Below are positions 1 to 8,095 of a DNA stretch of 20,000 bases, one piece after another. The notes below the pieces were generated by a model. That model had not been told where the DNA came from and searched no databases. It saw only the letters and a program-made list of their open reading frames with translations. Both the position numbers and the translations under genes were made by a program. Numbering within the stretch: the stretch's first letter is position 1; the number at the start of each line of letters is the position of its first letter. The stretch comes from an uncultured virus (IMG/VR IMGVR_UViG_3300025853_000054) (lineage: Duplodnaviria; Heunggongvirae; Uroviricota; Caudoviricetes), in IMG/VR virus record IMGVR_UViG_3300025853_000054; one strand, written 5' to 3'.

Positions 1-1
1 C

Positions 2-247
2 AAAAATCTCAAATCTAAAAACTTTACTGAAGTACGAAAGTGGGTCGTTAATAATCTGGATAATGATTCTGATGTACTTTTGCGTCGGATTTACGATGCT
101 CTTACTACATCCCTTGAAAACAATAGCATTCCTGCTGCTGTGCTTATTATTGCTAAGTATCAGTATCAGATTGCGTTTGTAGCAGATCAAGAAATTAATC
201 TTCTGGCGGCGTTGACTGAACTTATGGTGGAGTGTGATTTCCGATGA
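2..247 (+). CDS. gp44: Clamp loader large subunit, C-terminal part (truncated by window edge)
   Basis: Frame 2 translated by hand: KNFTEVRKWVVNNLDND...IAKYQYQIAFVADQEINLLAALTELMVECDFR*. This is a typical T4-like gp44 C-terminus and lies upstream of gp62/regA. Confidence 0.92.
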   Translation, partial: KNLKSKNFTEVRKWVVNNLDNDSDVLLRRIYDALTTSLENNSIPAAVLIIAKYQYQIAFVADQEINLLAALTELMVECDFR

Positions 248-426
248 AAAACAAAAGTCACCAGGTTAAGTCCAGAATGTATTATTACTTCTGGGGGGTT
301 TGTACAGTTGCCGTAGTTGCTGGTCAACTTTATGTCGGTGCTGGATATCGTGTTATGGCAGAAAGTGTAAATAGACTTACTAATAGTTTTGTAGAGGTGC
401 TTGATGGGACTACTGAATATCGATAA
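244..426 (+). CDS. Small hypothetical protein with one hydrophobic segment
   Basis: ATGA overlap with the gp44 stop; hydrophobic stretch YYYFWGVCTVAVVAGQLYVGAGY. Confidence 0.75.
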   Translation: MKNKSHQVKSRMYYYFWGVCTVAVVAGQLYVGAGYRVMAESVNRLTNSFVEVLDGTTEYR

Positions 427-637
427 AACTAAACTTGTAGAACCAAGAGTGAAAACTACTCCTGAGAATGTGCAAGAGGCAAATGAGGCATTGTTTCGTG
501 CTAAAATGACTCTACCTACTGCCGCAAAACATTGTGGTATGACTAAGAAGGAAATGAAAATGACCTTCCTTGAATACTTGAAGTATCACCCTAAAGATTA
601 TGAAAATAACGAGTTGCCTCCTATAAATAAAGACTGA
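404..637 (+). CDS. Hypothetical protein, possible helix-turn-helix
   Basis: ATG at 404 with upstream GAGGTG; LPTAAKHCGMTKKEMK resembles an HTH. Confidence 0.7.
   Translation: MGLLNIDKTKLVEPRVKTTPENVQEANEALFRAKMTLPTAAKHCGMTKKEMKMTFLEYLKYHPKDYENNELPPINKD
622..629 (+). promoter_or_regulatory. T4-type late promoter (gp55 sigma) upstream of dam
   Basis: Exact TATAAATA ending 9 nt before ATG 639. Confidence 0.5.
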
Positions 638-638
638 T

Positions 639-1490
639 ATGGTTAGTTTGAAACAACTTAAAACGATGTTGCGCTACCCTGGCGGCAAGAGCAGGGCAGT
701 CGCCAAGATGGATCCATACTTTCCAGATCTACGAAACTATAAAGAATACCGAGAACCATTTCTTGGTGGTGGAAGTGTTGCGATTCACATTGCAAAGAAA
801 TACCCATCTTTAGATATTTGGGTTAATGACTTATACAATCCATTATATACCTTTTGGTGTATTCTCCGAGATAAACCTCAGGATCTATATGAGTGTATTA
901 AAGAAACGAAAGCAGAACACAATACACCAGAACTTGCCAGAAAACTATTTGAAGAAAGCAAGGTCTCTTTAAATCATGAAGAGACGTGGGATTTTTATCG
1001 TGCAGTTGCTTTTTATATTATTAATAAGTGTAGTTTCTCTGGGTTAACTGAAAATTCTTCCTTCTCTCCACAGGCAAGCGAAAGTAACTTCTCTATGAGA
1101 GGGATTGAAAAACTGCCAGAGTATTCCAAGATTATTAAAGATTGGAAGATTACTAACTTATCTTATGAAAAACTACTTACTGACGACAAAGAGTGCTTTA
1201 TCTACCTCGATCCCCCCTATGAGATCGGAAGTAATCTGTATGGTAAACGTGGGTCAATGCATAAGTCCTTTGATCATGATCAGTTTGCTCTGGACTGTGA
1301 TCGTTATACTGCTCCTCAACTTATATCCTACAACTCATCGCAACTGATTCGTGATCGTTTTAAGGATTGGGATGCTTCTGAGTTTGATCTTACTTATACG
1401 ATGAGATCTGTAGGCGACTATATGCGAGAGCAGAAGGATAGAAAAGAACTTATTTTGTTTAACTATGAAATGTCAAGTAAAGTTGTATAA
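639..1490 (+). CDS. dam: DNA adenine methyltransferase (Dam/D12 class)
   Basis: LRYPGGKS, EPFLGGGSV (SAM binding) and YLDPPY (catalytic) motifs. Confidence 0.93.
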   Translation: MVSLKQLKTMLRYPGGKSRAVAKMDPYFPDLRNYKEYREPFLGGGSVAIHIAKKYPSLDIWVNDLYNPLYTFWCILRDKPQDLYECIKETKAEHNTPELARKLFEESKVSLNHEETWDFYRAVAFYIINKCSFSGLTENSSFSPQASESNFSMRGIEKLPEYSKIIKDWKITNLSYEKLLTDDKECFIYLDPPYEIGSNLYGKRGSMHKSFDHDQFALDCDRYTAPQLISYNSSQLIRDRFKDWDASEFDLTYTMRSVGDYMREQKDRKELILFNYEMSSKVV

Positions 1491-1608
1491 AGCAGGGCAA
1501 GTCTTTGCTGAAGAAGTAGTCGCAACAGATTATCAAGATGCAAAAAATGTTGCCCTTGCTCGTAATCCAGGTGCAAAAGTTGTAAGCGTTACTGCCGTAT
1601 TTAAATAA
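1465..1608 (+). CDS. Small hypothetical protein (47 aa), not in the ORF track
   Basis: MKCQVKLYKAGQVFAEEVVATDYQDAKNVALARNPGAKVVSVTAVFK*. Fills the dam-gp62 gap with TAATG coupling to gp62. Confidence 0.75.
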   Translation: MKCQVKLYKAGQVFAEEVVATDYQDAKNVALARNPGAKVVSVTAVFK

Positions 1609-2000
1609 TGGAACTAAAAGATTGGTTGAATTCTGTTAATCATCTCAAGAATAATCTTGTTGAAAATCCTTCGGATGCAAAAGATTATCCACCTTTTATT
1701 GTGAACAAATGTCTTTCCTCTCATGTGGATTCTTTGATTCATTCAAATCAAATGAATATGTATCATCATTTGCCAAAAGACATGCAGTATAGTTATTATC
1801 TACATGCTCTTAGAGTAAAAAAAAGATTTTCTCCTTGGTTAAAGAAAGAGAAAGTTGATAATCTGGACGCCATCAAAAAATATTATGGTTATAGTGACCA
1901 AAAAGCACATCAAGTTTTGAAAATACTAAATAGTAAACAGATCGACATTATAAAATCTAAACTTGAAACTGGTGGGAAAAATGGAAAATCAAATTGTTGA
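1608..2000 (+). CDS. gp62: Clamp loader small subunit
   Basis: LKDWLNSVN, YPPFIVNKCLS, KKRFSPW and YYGYS motifs; directly upstream of regA. Confidence 0.92.
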   Translation: MELKDWLNSVNHLKNNLVENPSDAKDYPPFIVNKCLSSHVDSLIHSNQMNMYHHLPKDMQYSYYLHALRVKKRFSPWLKKEKVDNLDAIKKYYGYSDQKAHQVLKILNSKQIDIIKSKLETGGKNGKSNC

Positions 2001-2421
2001 ACCTCAGGTGAACTGGAACCCTGGGATGATGATTGAAATAACTTTGGGAGAACCTGATGATTTTCTAAAAGTTCGTGAAACTTTGACTCGTATTGGAGTT
2101 GCTTCTAGGAAAGAGAAAAAGCTTTATCAGAGTGCTCACATTCTCCATAAACAGGGCAAATATTATATTACTCATTTTAAGGAGTTGTTTGCTCTTGATG
2201 GCAAGAACACGAACCTTACTGTCGATGATCTTCAGAGAAGAAATAGGATTGTAAAACTATTATTTGATTGGGGATTAGTTGATGTAGTAAATCCAGAGAT
2301 GATTACTGACATTGCTCCTTTAAATCAAATCAAAGTTCTTCCTTATAAGGAAAAAAGTGAATGGATTCTTGAGCAAAAATATAATATTGGGAAAAAAGTT
2401 AAGACAACTGAAAATACCTAA
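1981..2421 (+). CDS. regA: Translational repressor RegA
   Basis: DDFLKVRETLTRIGVAS, LYQSAHILHKQGKYYITHFKELFALDG. Confidence 0.96.
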   Translation: MENQIVEPQVNWNPGMMIEITLGEPDDFLKVRETLTRIGVASRKEKKLYQSAHILHKQGKYYITHFKELFALDGKNTNLTVDDLQRRNRIVKLLFDWGLVDVVNPEMITDIAPLNQIKVLPYKEKSEWILEQKYNIGKKVKTTENT

Positions 2422-2429
2422 ATAAAACT

Positions 2430-2505
2430 GAGACCTTTCGTGCGGTCTCTACGAAAGTCGGAACACCCTATAAAGAGGTACGGTTTTTTCCGTTCCTCTT
2501 TTTTT
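2430..2505 (+). ncRNA. Candidate structured small RNA or regA 3' element
   Basis: Follows TAAATA (2419-2424). GAGACC/GGTCTC and CTTTCGT/ACGAAAG complementarities; ends in a terminator. Confidence 0.4.
2472..2505 (+). terminator. Intrinsic terminator
   Basis: AAAGAGG-T-ACGG [TTTTTT] CCGT-T-CCTCTTT followed by a T run. Confidence 0.8.
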
Positions 2506-2519
2506 ATTGTCTTGTATTT

Positions 2520-2527
2520 TATAAATA
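2520..2527 (+). promoter_or_regulatory. T4-type late promoter
   Basis: Exact TATAAATA upstream of ATG 2547. Confidence 0.8.
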
Positions 2528-2546
2528 ACTAAAAAGTATTTGTAAG

Positions 2547-2999
2547 ATGGACGCACAAGAACTTCGCAATCTACAAGAAGCATACCTAGATGTTTATATT
2601 CAAGATGTATCTTATGTTGATTTGAATGAGTCCATGCTTGATGATTTGATGTCTAAATCTAGTGAGTTGGAAGCAAGGCGGGGCGCTGCTTCTGATAGAG
2701 CGTTAGGAAGAATTAGAAAAATGAGAGCAACATTGGGCGATACATCTCCCGCTAAGCCATCTTCGAAACCATCTAAACCTGGTAGCAGTAAGAAAAAATT
2801 GGAAAAACTCAAAAATACCTTGGATGCTGCCCAAAAAGAAATGAATAGACAAGACGCCGAAAGTCAAAAAGAAGATCTAGATCTCTATGGCATCATCCTT
2901 TCACACTTACTTGATGAAGGATATGCTGAAACACCAGAAGCAGCAGAAGCGATTATGGTGAATATGAGTGAAGAGTGGAGAGATAGTATTATTGGTTGA
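2547..2999 (+). CDS. Late acidic-basic-acidic modular protein, putative internal head protein
   Basis: N-terminal LRNLQEAYLDVY, basic middle, C-terminal LLDEGYAETPEAAEAIMVNMSEEW. Motifs are shared with ORFs 10288 and 13251. Confidence 0.7.
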   Translation: MDAQELRNLQEAYLDVYIQDVSYVDLNESMLDDLMSKSSELEARRGAASDRALGRIRKMRATLGDTSPAKPSSKPSKPGSSKKKLEKLKNTLDAAQKEMNRQDAESQKEDLDLYGIILSHLLDEGYAETPEAAEAIMVNMSEEWRDSIIG

Positions 3000-3135
3000 T
3001 AAATAATAGTGCTTGTTTGTGGTTATTCAAGCAAAGAGATTTGAAGTTTTCTCCCGGAACATTTGGAAGACCTGTTAAGAATAGTGTAGTAAAAACCACA
3101 CTTGAAAAATAATACAAACTAATATAAATTATTAA

Positions 3136-3182
3136 TGATCGCCTTATAGGGATCACACAATCAAACCTCGCTTTTAAAGGAG
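3136..3182 (+). promoter_or_regulatory. hsp20 5' leader with two hairpins, the second covering the SD
   Basis: TGATC-G-CCT[TAT]AGG-GATCA, then CTC-G-CTT[TTA]AAGGAG; preceded by TATAAATT (3123-3130). Confidence 0.5.
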
Positions 3183-3190
3183 CTACAATA

Positions 3191-3625
3191 ATGACTAACC
3201 TCACAAGGTATACTGCTGCGGATCTTCCTACCCTGTTAGATAAGATTTCAAAAAACAGTATTGGTATGAATGAGTACCTAAATAGAGTGTTCGACTTGCA
3301 TGAAACAACATCGAACTATCCCCCCTACAATATAGTTCAGGTCAGCAATGTAGAATCCCGACTTGAACTTGCTCTTGCAGGATTTCGGAAGGCAGAAGTC
3401 AATGTCTACACACAAGATGGTAAACTCTTTATTGAAGGTCAGAAAGAAGATAAAGAAACGGAAACTAACTACTTGCACAAAGGTCTGGCTCAACGGTCGT
3501 TTACACGTGCCTGGACTCTCAGTGACGACACGGAAGTTAGATCAGTTACTTTTGAAGATGGGTTACTAAGTATTACTCTTGGTAAGATTGTTCCTGAACA
3601 TCATAATCGTAAGGATTATCTATAA
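3191..3625 (+). CDS. hsp20: Small heat shock protein (alpha-crystallin domain)
   Basis: NYPPYNI, LELALAGF, YLHKGLAQRSFTRAW, FEDGLLSI; SD AAGGAG. Confidence 0.96.
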   Translation: MTNLTRYTAADLPTLLDKISKNSIGMNEYLNRVFDLHETTSNYPPYNIVQVSNVESRLELALAGFRKAEVNVYTQDGKLFIEGQKEDKETETNYLHKGLAQRSFTRAWTLSDDTEVRSVTFEDGLLSITLGKIVPEHHNRKDYL

Positions 3626-3628
3626 ATA
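3621..3628 (+). promoter_or_regulatory. T4-type late promoter overlapping the hsp20 stop codon
   Basis: Exact TATAAATA. Confidence 0.55.
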
Positions 3629-3655
3629 AAACTGAATATCGTCGCGCTGTGCTAC

Positions 3656-3698
3656 GGGAGGTAACTGGCAAAATCCAGTTGACACCTCCCATTTTTTT
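3656..3698 (+). terminator. Intrinsic terminator after hsp20
   Basis: GGGAGGT-AACTGG [CAAAAT] CCAGTT-GAC-ACCTCCC followed by ATTTTTTT. Confidence 0.75.
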
Positions 3699-3708
3699 GT
3701 GCTAAAAT
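3679..3708 (+). promoter_or_regulatory. Sigma70-type (early) promoter for the gp43 operon
   Basis: TTGACA, 18-nt spacer, TAAAAT with an extended TGn. Confidence 0.65.
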
Positions 3709-3733
3709 GCTTAGGTAAGACTAATGATTGGTT

Positions 3734-4087
3734 ATGGCAGTTAAACTGTGTGCAATGCGATCTGGCGAAAAAGTGATCGCTAATGTTATGGATATGATTA
3801 GTCAAGATGGTGTTCTTGTAGGATATAACCTAGACAGACCTTTTTTGGTTATGTTTGCTCCAAAGAAACCCTCTGATGAAGAACAGTCAGAGACTGAGTT
3901 TAAGATTGGGATCACGCCTTGGATTCCTCTTACCAGAGATAGGATTATTTCAGTTCCTTTGGATGAAGTTATTACGCAAGTAAATCCTATTGAAAATCTA
4001 TTAAATATTTACGAAAAAGGAGTGTATGGAGATGGAGATCAAACTTTTAGTTCTGATGAACAATCAAGTTCTAGTATCCCAAGTTGA
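3734..4087 (+). CDS. Hypothetical protein upstream of gp43
   Basis: Beta-rich ORF; VKLCAMRSGEKVIA, LDRPFLV, ITPWIPLT. Confidence 0.8.
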   Translation: MAVKLCAMRSGEKVIANVMDMISQDGVLVGYNLDRPFLVMFAPKKPSDEEQSETEFKIGITPWIPLTRDRIISVPLDEVITQVNPIENLLNIYEKGVYGDGDQTFSSDEQSSSSIPS

Positions 4088-4286
4088 AGCGGTCGGGGCA
4101 GAGATTGGTGAACCTGATTGTAAACTGATTGAACCATTTCTTCTGGATAAAAATGATTTAACCTTGAGTCCATGGTTGATTGATTTTACAACAACTAATG
4201 AATATAAAATCCATTCTGATAAAATCTTAGCAATGGCAGATCCAAAACCAACGATTTTAGAAAAATACCAAAACCTTATTAAATGA
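4026..4286 (+). CDS. Hypothetical protein, probable paralog of the preceding ORF
   Basis: IGEPDCKLIEPFLL, LSPWL; ATGA overlap with gp43. Confidence 0.8.
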   Translation: MEMEIKLLVLMNNQVLVSQVEAVGAEIGEPDCKLIEPFLLDKNDLTLSPWLIDFTTTNEYKIHSDKILAMADPKPTILEKYQNLIK

Positions 4287-6778
4287 AGTTCTATACAAAC
4301 GTTCAAATGATCGGCAACAAGTTTCTTGTTCGCGGATATGAAGACGGTAAGCATGTTATTTTCAAAGAGGAGTATTTTCCCACTCTTTACATCAAGTCCA
4401 ATAAAGAATCAAAATACAAAACTCTTGAAGGTGAATATGTTGAATCTGTTAATCCAGGTACAGTAAAAGATTGTAGAGAATTTTATTCTAAGTATGAAAA
4501 TGTTGAGGGATTTAAAATCTACGGCAATGATAGATATATCTATCAGTATATTTCAGACAAATATCCAGAAGATGAAATCAAGTTTGATATCACTAAAATC
4601 AAACTTGTAACCTTGGATATTGAGGTTGGGTCTGAGAATGGATTTCCAGATCCTAAAGTTGCAGACCAAGAGATTCTTTTGATTACAGTTCAAGACTATG
4701 CAACAAAACAAATCACTACATGGGGCAATGGTAGTTTTGACAATAAACAAAAGAATGTAACTTATCGACAGTTTAATACTGAGTATGATCTTCTAAATGA
4801 TTTTCTTTCTGTTTGGGAGAACTCTCATCCAGAAGTAATCACTGGGTGGAATGTTCAGTTTTTCGATATTCCATTCATTTATTCCAGACTAGAAAAAGTT
4901 CTTGGAGAAAAGAGGGCAAAGTCATTTTCTCCTTGGGGTTTGGTCAGTCGAAGAGAAGTTTTTATCAATAACAGGCAAAATGTTGCCATGGATGTTGGTG
5001 GAATCACTCAACTAGATTATCTTGATCTTTACAAAAAGTTTACTTATAAAGCACAAGAATCATATCGTCTTGACCATATTGCTAATGTAGAACTTGGTGC
5101 TAAGAAGCTAGATCACTCTGAGTTTGATACGTTTAAGGATTTCTATACAAATGGGTGGCAAAAGTTTGTAGAGTATAATATTGTTGACGTGGAACTTGTT
5201 GACCGTCTAGAAGACAAGATGAAACTCATCGAACTTGCACTAACTATGGCATATGATGCCAAAGTCAACTTTGGAGATGTATTTTATCAGGTTCGTATGT
5301 GGGATAGTATTATCTATAACTACCTGAAAAAGCGTAATATAGTTATCCCACCTAAAGATAAATCTGATAAAGATGGAAAATATGCTGGAGCATATGTAAA
5401 AGAACCTGTTCCTGGAATCTATGATTGGATTGTTAACTTTGATTTAAACTCTCTATATCCGCATTTGATTATGCAATCGAATATTAGTCCAGAGACTTTG
5501 GTTCAAGAGAGGTGTCCTTATGTATCTGTTGAAAAGATTTTAAAGAAAGAGATTGATCTAACGCCTTATAGTGAATATGCGGTATGTCCTAATGGTGCAA
5601 TGTATCGTAAAGATTTTAAAGGTGTCCTTCCTGAACTAATGGAGAAAATGTATGGAGACCGTGTTGTCTTCAAAAAAAAAATGCTTGCCTCAAAGCAGGA
5701 GTATGAGAAGACTCCTACTAAAGCACTTGAAAAGGAGATCGCCAGATGTAACAACATTCAAATGGCGAAAAAGATTTCTCTTAACTCTGCTTATGGTGCT
5801 ATTGGTAATCAATACTTCAGGTATTACAAACTAGCAAATGCAGAAGCTATTACTCTTTCTGGACAAGTAGCGATCCGCTGGATTGAAGATAAAATCAATA
5901 AGTATATGAATCGTGTGTTAAAAACTGAGGATGTTGATTATGTTATTGCTTCTGATACTGATTCTATCTATATCCATATGGATCCTTTGGTCAAACGTGT
6001 ATACGCCACAAGAGAAAAAACTACTCAAAGCATTGTCAACTTCCTTGATAAGGTCGCTAAGGTGGAACTTGAAAAATATATTGAAAGTTCTTACCAAGAA
6101 CTGGCGCAATACATGAATGCTTATGAGCAGAAAATGCAGATGAAACGTGAAAATATTGCTGATCGTGCTATCTGGACAGCAAAAAAGCGTTATATCATGA
6201 ATGTTTGGGATAGTGAAGGTGTTCGATATACTGAACCAAAACTTAAGATGATGGGAATTGAAGCAGTAAAATCATCAACACCTGCACCTTGCAGAAAAAT
6301 GATTAAAGATGCACTCAAACTAATGATGAGTGGTACTGAAGATGATGTGATTCAGTTTATTGCTAAATGTAGAAAAGAGTTTAATAGTCTTTCTCCAGAA
6401 GAAATCTCTTTTCCCCGATCTGCTTCTAATGTATTGAAGTGGAAATCGTCCTATCAAATCTATCAGAAAGGAACTCCTGTTCATGTAAGAGGAGCACTGC
6501 TATTCAATCATCACATTGAAAAGAATGGATTGACTAACAAGTATTCTTTGATTCAAAATGGAGAAAAGGTTAAGTTCTGCTACTTGAAAAAACCCAATCC
6601 ACTCTTTGAAAATGTTATTTCATTCATTCAAGATTTCCCTAAAGAACTTGGTATAACTAGGTATGTGGATTACGATTTGCAGTTTGAGAAGGGATTTTTG
6701 GAACCAGTTAAAGTTATCTTAAATACTATTGGTTGGCAGTCTGAAAAAAAATCTTCTCTTGTATCTTTTTTCGGATAG
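4283..6778 (+). CDS. gp43: Family B DNA polymerase
   Basis: Exonuclease motifs DIE, TGWN...FD, YNIVD; polymerase motifs DLNSLYP, KISLNSAYG, SDTDS, KKRY. Confidence 0.98.
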   Translation: MKFYTNVQMIGNKFLVRGYEDGKHVIFKEEYFPTLYIKSNKESKYKTLEGEYVESVNPGTVKDCREFYSKYENVEGFKIYGNDRYIYQYISDKYPEDEIKFDITKIKLVTLDIEVGSENGFPDPKVADQEILLITVQDYATKQITTWGNGSFDNKQKNVTYRQFNTEYDLLNDFLSVWENSHPEVITGWNVQFFDIPFIYSRLEKVLGEKRAKSFSPWGLVSRREVFINNRQNVAMDVGGITQLDYLDLYKKFTYKAQESYRLDHIANVELGAKKLDHSEFDTFKDFYTNGWQKFVEYNIVDVELVDRLEDKMKLIELALTMAYDAKVNFGDVFYQVRMWDSIIYNYLKKRNIVIPPKDKSDKDGKYAGAYVKEPVPGIYDWIVNFDLNSLYPHLIMQSNISPETLVQERCPYVSVEKILKKEIDLTPYSEYAVCPNGAMYRKDFKGVLPELMEKMYGDRVVFKKKMLASKQEYEKTPTKALEKEIARCNNIQMAKKISLNSAYGAIGNQYFRYYKLANAEAITLSGQVAIRWIEDKINKYMNRVLKTEDVDYVIASDTDSIYIHMDPLVKRVYATREKTTQSIVNFLDKVAKVELEKYIESSYQELAQYMNAYEQKMQMKRENIADRAIWTAKKRYIMNVWDSEGVRYTEPKLKMMGIEAVKSSTPAPCRKMIKDALKLMMSGTEDDVIQFIAKCRKEFNSLSPEEISFPRSASNVLKWKSSYQIYQKGTPVHVRGALLFNHHIEKNGLTNKYSLIQNGEKVKFCYLKKPNPLFENVISFIQDFPKELGITRYVDYDLQFEKGFLEPVKVILNTIGWQSEKKSSLVSFFG

Positions 6779-6785
6779 TAACATA

Positions 6786-6953
6786 GTGAATTTAAAACTG
6801 AATCGCAATGAGGTTAAACTAATACTTAGTGCTTTGAGTCGTAGTCATTACATTGACCCAAATGTCTATAGCTACGAAGATATCAAACGCTTGCACAATA
6901 AAATTTGGACTTGGAACATAAACATTAGAGGAAAAAATGATGGATTTTCTTAA
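6786..6953 (+). CDS. Small hypothetical protein (GTG start, ~55 aa)
   Basis: Fills the gp43-uvsX gap; start codon uncertain. Confidence 0.5.
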   Translation: MNLKLNRNEVKLILSALSRSHYIDPNVYSYEDIKRLHNKIWTWNINIRGKNDGFS

Positions 6954-7956
6954 GGATATTGTAAAAGAAATCGGTGATGATTACACCAAACTTGCAGCAG
7001 ATATTGATGAAACTGAAACTTATGTTGATACGGGTTCGTACATTTTTAATGCACTGGTTTCAGGTAGCATATTTGGTGGTGTATCTGGGAATAAGATTAC
7101 TGCTATTGCTGGTGAAAGTTCTACAGGAAAAACTTTCTTCTCTCTCGCAGTGGTTAAGAATTTTCTGGACTCTAATCCTGATGGATATTGCCTGTATTTT
7201 GATACTGAGGCAGCTGTCAATAAGTCACTCTTAGAAAGTAGAGGAATTGACCTTAAGCGTCTTGTCGTGGTTAATGTAGTGACTGTCGAAGAGTTCCGTA
7301 GCAAGGCACTTAAAGCAGTGGACATGTATCAAAAAGCACCTGAGGGAGATCGCAAACCCTGCATGTTTGTGCTAGACTCTTTAGGAATGCTTTCGACTGA
7401 GAAAGAGATTACTGATGCACTTAACGAAAAGCAGGTTCGTGATATGACAAAATCACAACTGATTAAGGGTGCCTTCAGAATGTTGACACTCAAGTTGGGG
7501 CAGGCTAACATTCCAATGATCGTTACCAATCACACTTATGACGTTATCGGATCTTATGTTCCTACTAAAGAGATGGGAGGTGGTAGTGGCCTTAAGTATG
7601 CTGCCTCTACCATTATTCATCTTAGTAAGAAGAAAGAAAAAGATGGAACAGAAGTCATTGGAAATCTTATCAAGGCAAAGACTGCTAAGTCACGTCTAAG
7701 TAAAGAGAACAAGGATGTCACTATTCGTTTATTTTATGATCATCGGGGTCTTGATAAGTATTATGGTTTACTTGAGTTAGGTGAACTTGCCGGAATGTGG
7801 AAGAACGTTGCCGGTCGTTATGAGATGACTGTCAATGGTGAGACTAAAAAAGTATATGCCAAACAAATCCTCAAAGAACCAGAAGTTTATTTTACTTCAG
7901 AAGTAATGGAAAAACTAAATGAGATTGCTAAATCAGAGTTTAGTTATGGAAGTTAA
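6937..7956 (+). CDS. uvsX: RecA-like recombinase
   Basis: Walker A GESSTGKT, YFDTE, VLDSLG, MGGGSGLKYAAS. Confidence 0.96.
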   Translation: MMDFLKDIVKEIGDDYTKLAADIDETETYVDTGSYIFNALVSGSIFGGVSGNKITAIAGESSTGKTFFSLAVVKNFLDSNPDGYCLYFDTEAAVNKSLLESRGIDLKRLVVVNVVTVEEFRSKALKAVDMYQKAPEGDRKPCMFVLDSLGMLSTEKEITDALNEKQVRDMTKSQLIKGAFRMLTLKLGQANIPMIVTNHTYDVIGSYVPTKEMGGGSGLKYAASTIIHLSKKKEKDGTEVIGNLIKAKTAKSRLSKENKDVTIRLFYDHRGLDKYYGLLELGELAGMWKNVAGRYEMTVNGETKKVYAKQILKEPEVYFTSEVMEKLNEIAKSEFSYGS

Positions 7957-8095
7957 TCTTTCTGATTTAGTTTATGTTTTTGATGGGGAAACTGTCTTTG
8001 ATTTTGGGCGTGTAAAGGCAAAGTGTGGTAGACTAGTAATGTTCCCACCATGTGGAGCAAAATATATCATGAGTTCTTATTTGCATTATAGCTAA
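7946..8095 (+). pseudogene. Internally deleted 2OG-Fe(II) oxygenase remnant (49-aa open frame)
   Basis: MEVNLSDLVYVFD-GETVFDFGRVKAKCGRLVMFPP-CGAKYIMSSYLHYS*. Keeps GET.F, K.K.GRLV.FPP and KYI.S.YLHY, but lacks HxD, YLND and the distal His. Confidence 0.75.

Noticed and set aside
600..638. Upstream in-frame ATG for dam with TAA at 624-626 (possible readthrough or recoding)
   Set aside because: TAA is the normal stop codon throughout the window, the extra peptide has no Dam similarity, and the TAA is explained by the TATAAATA box.
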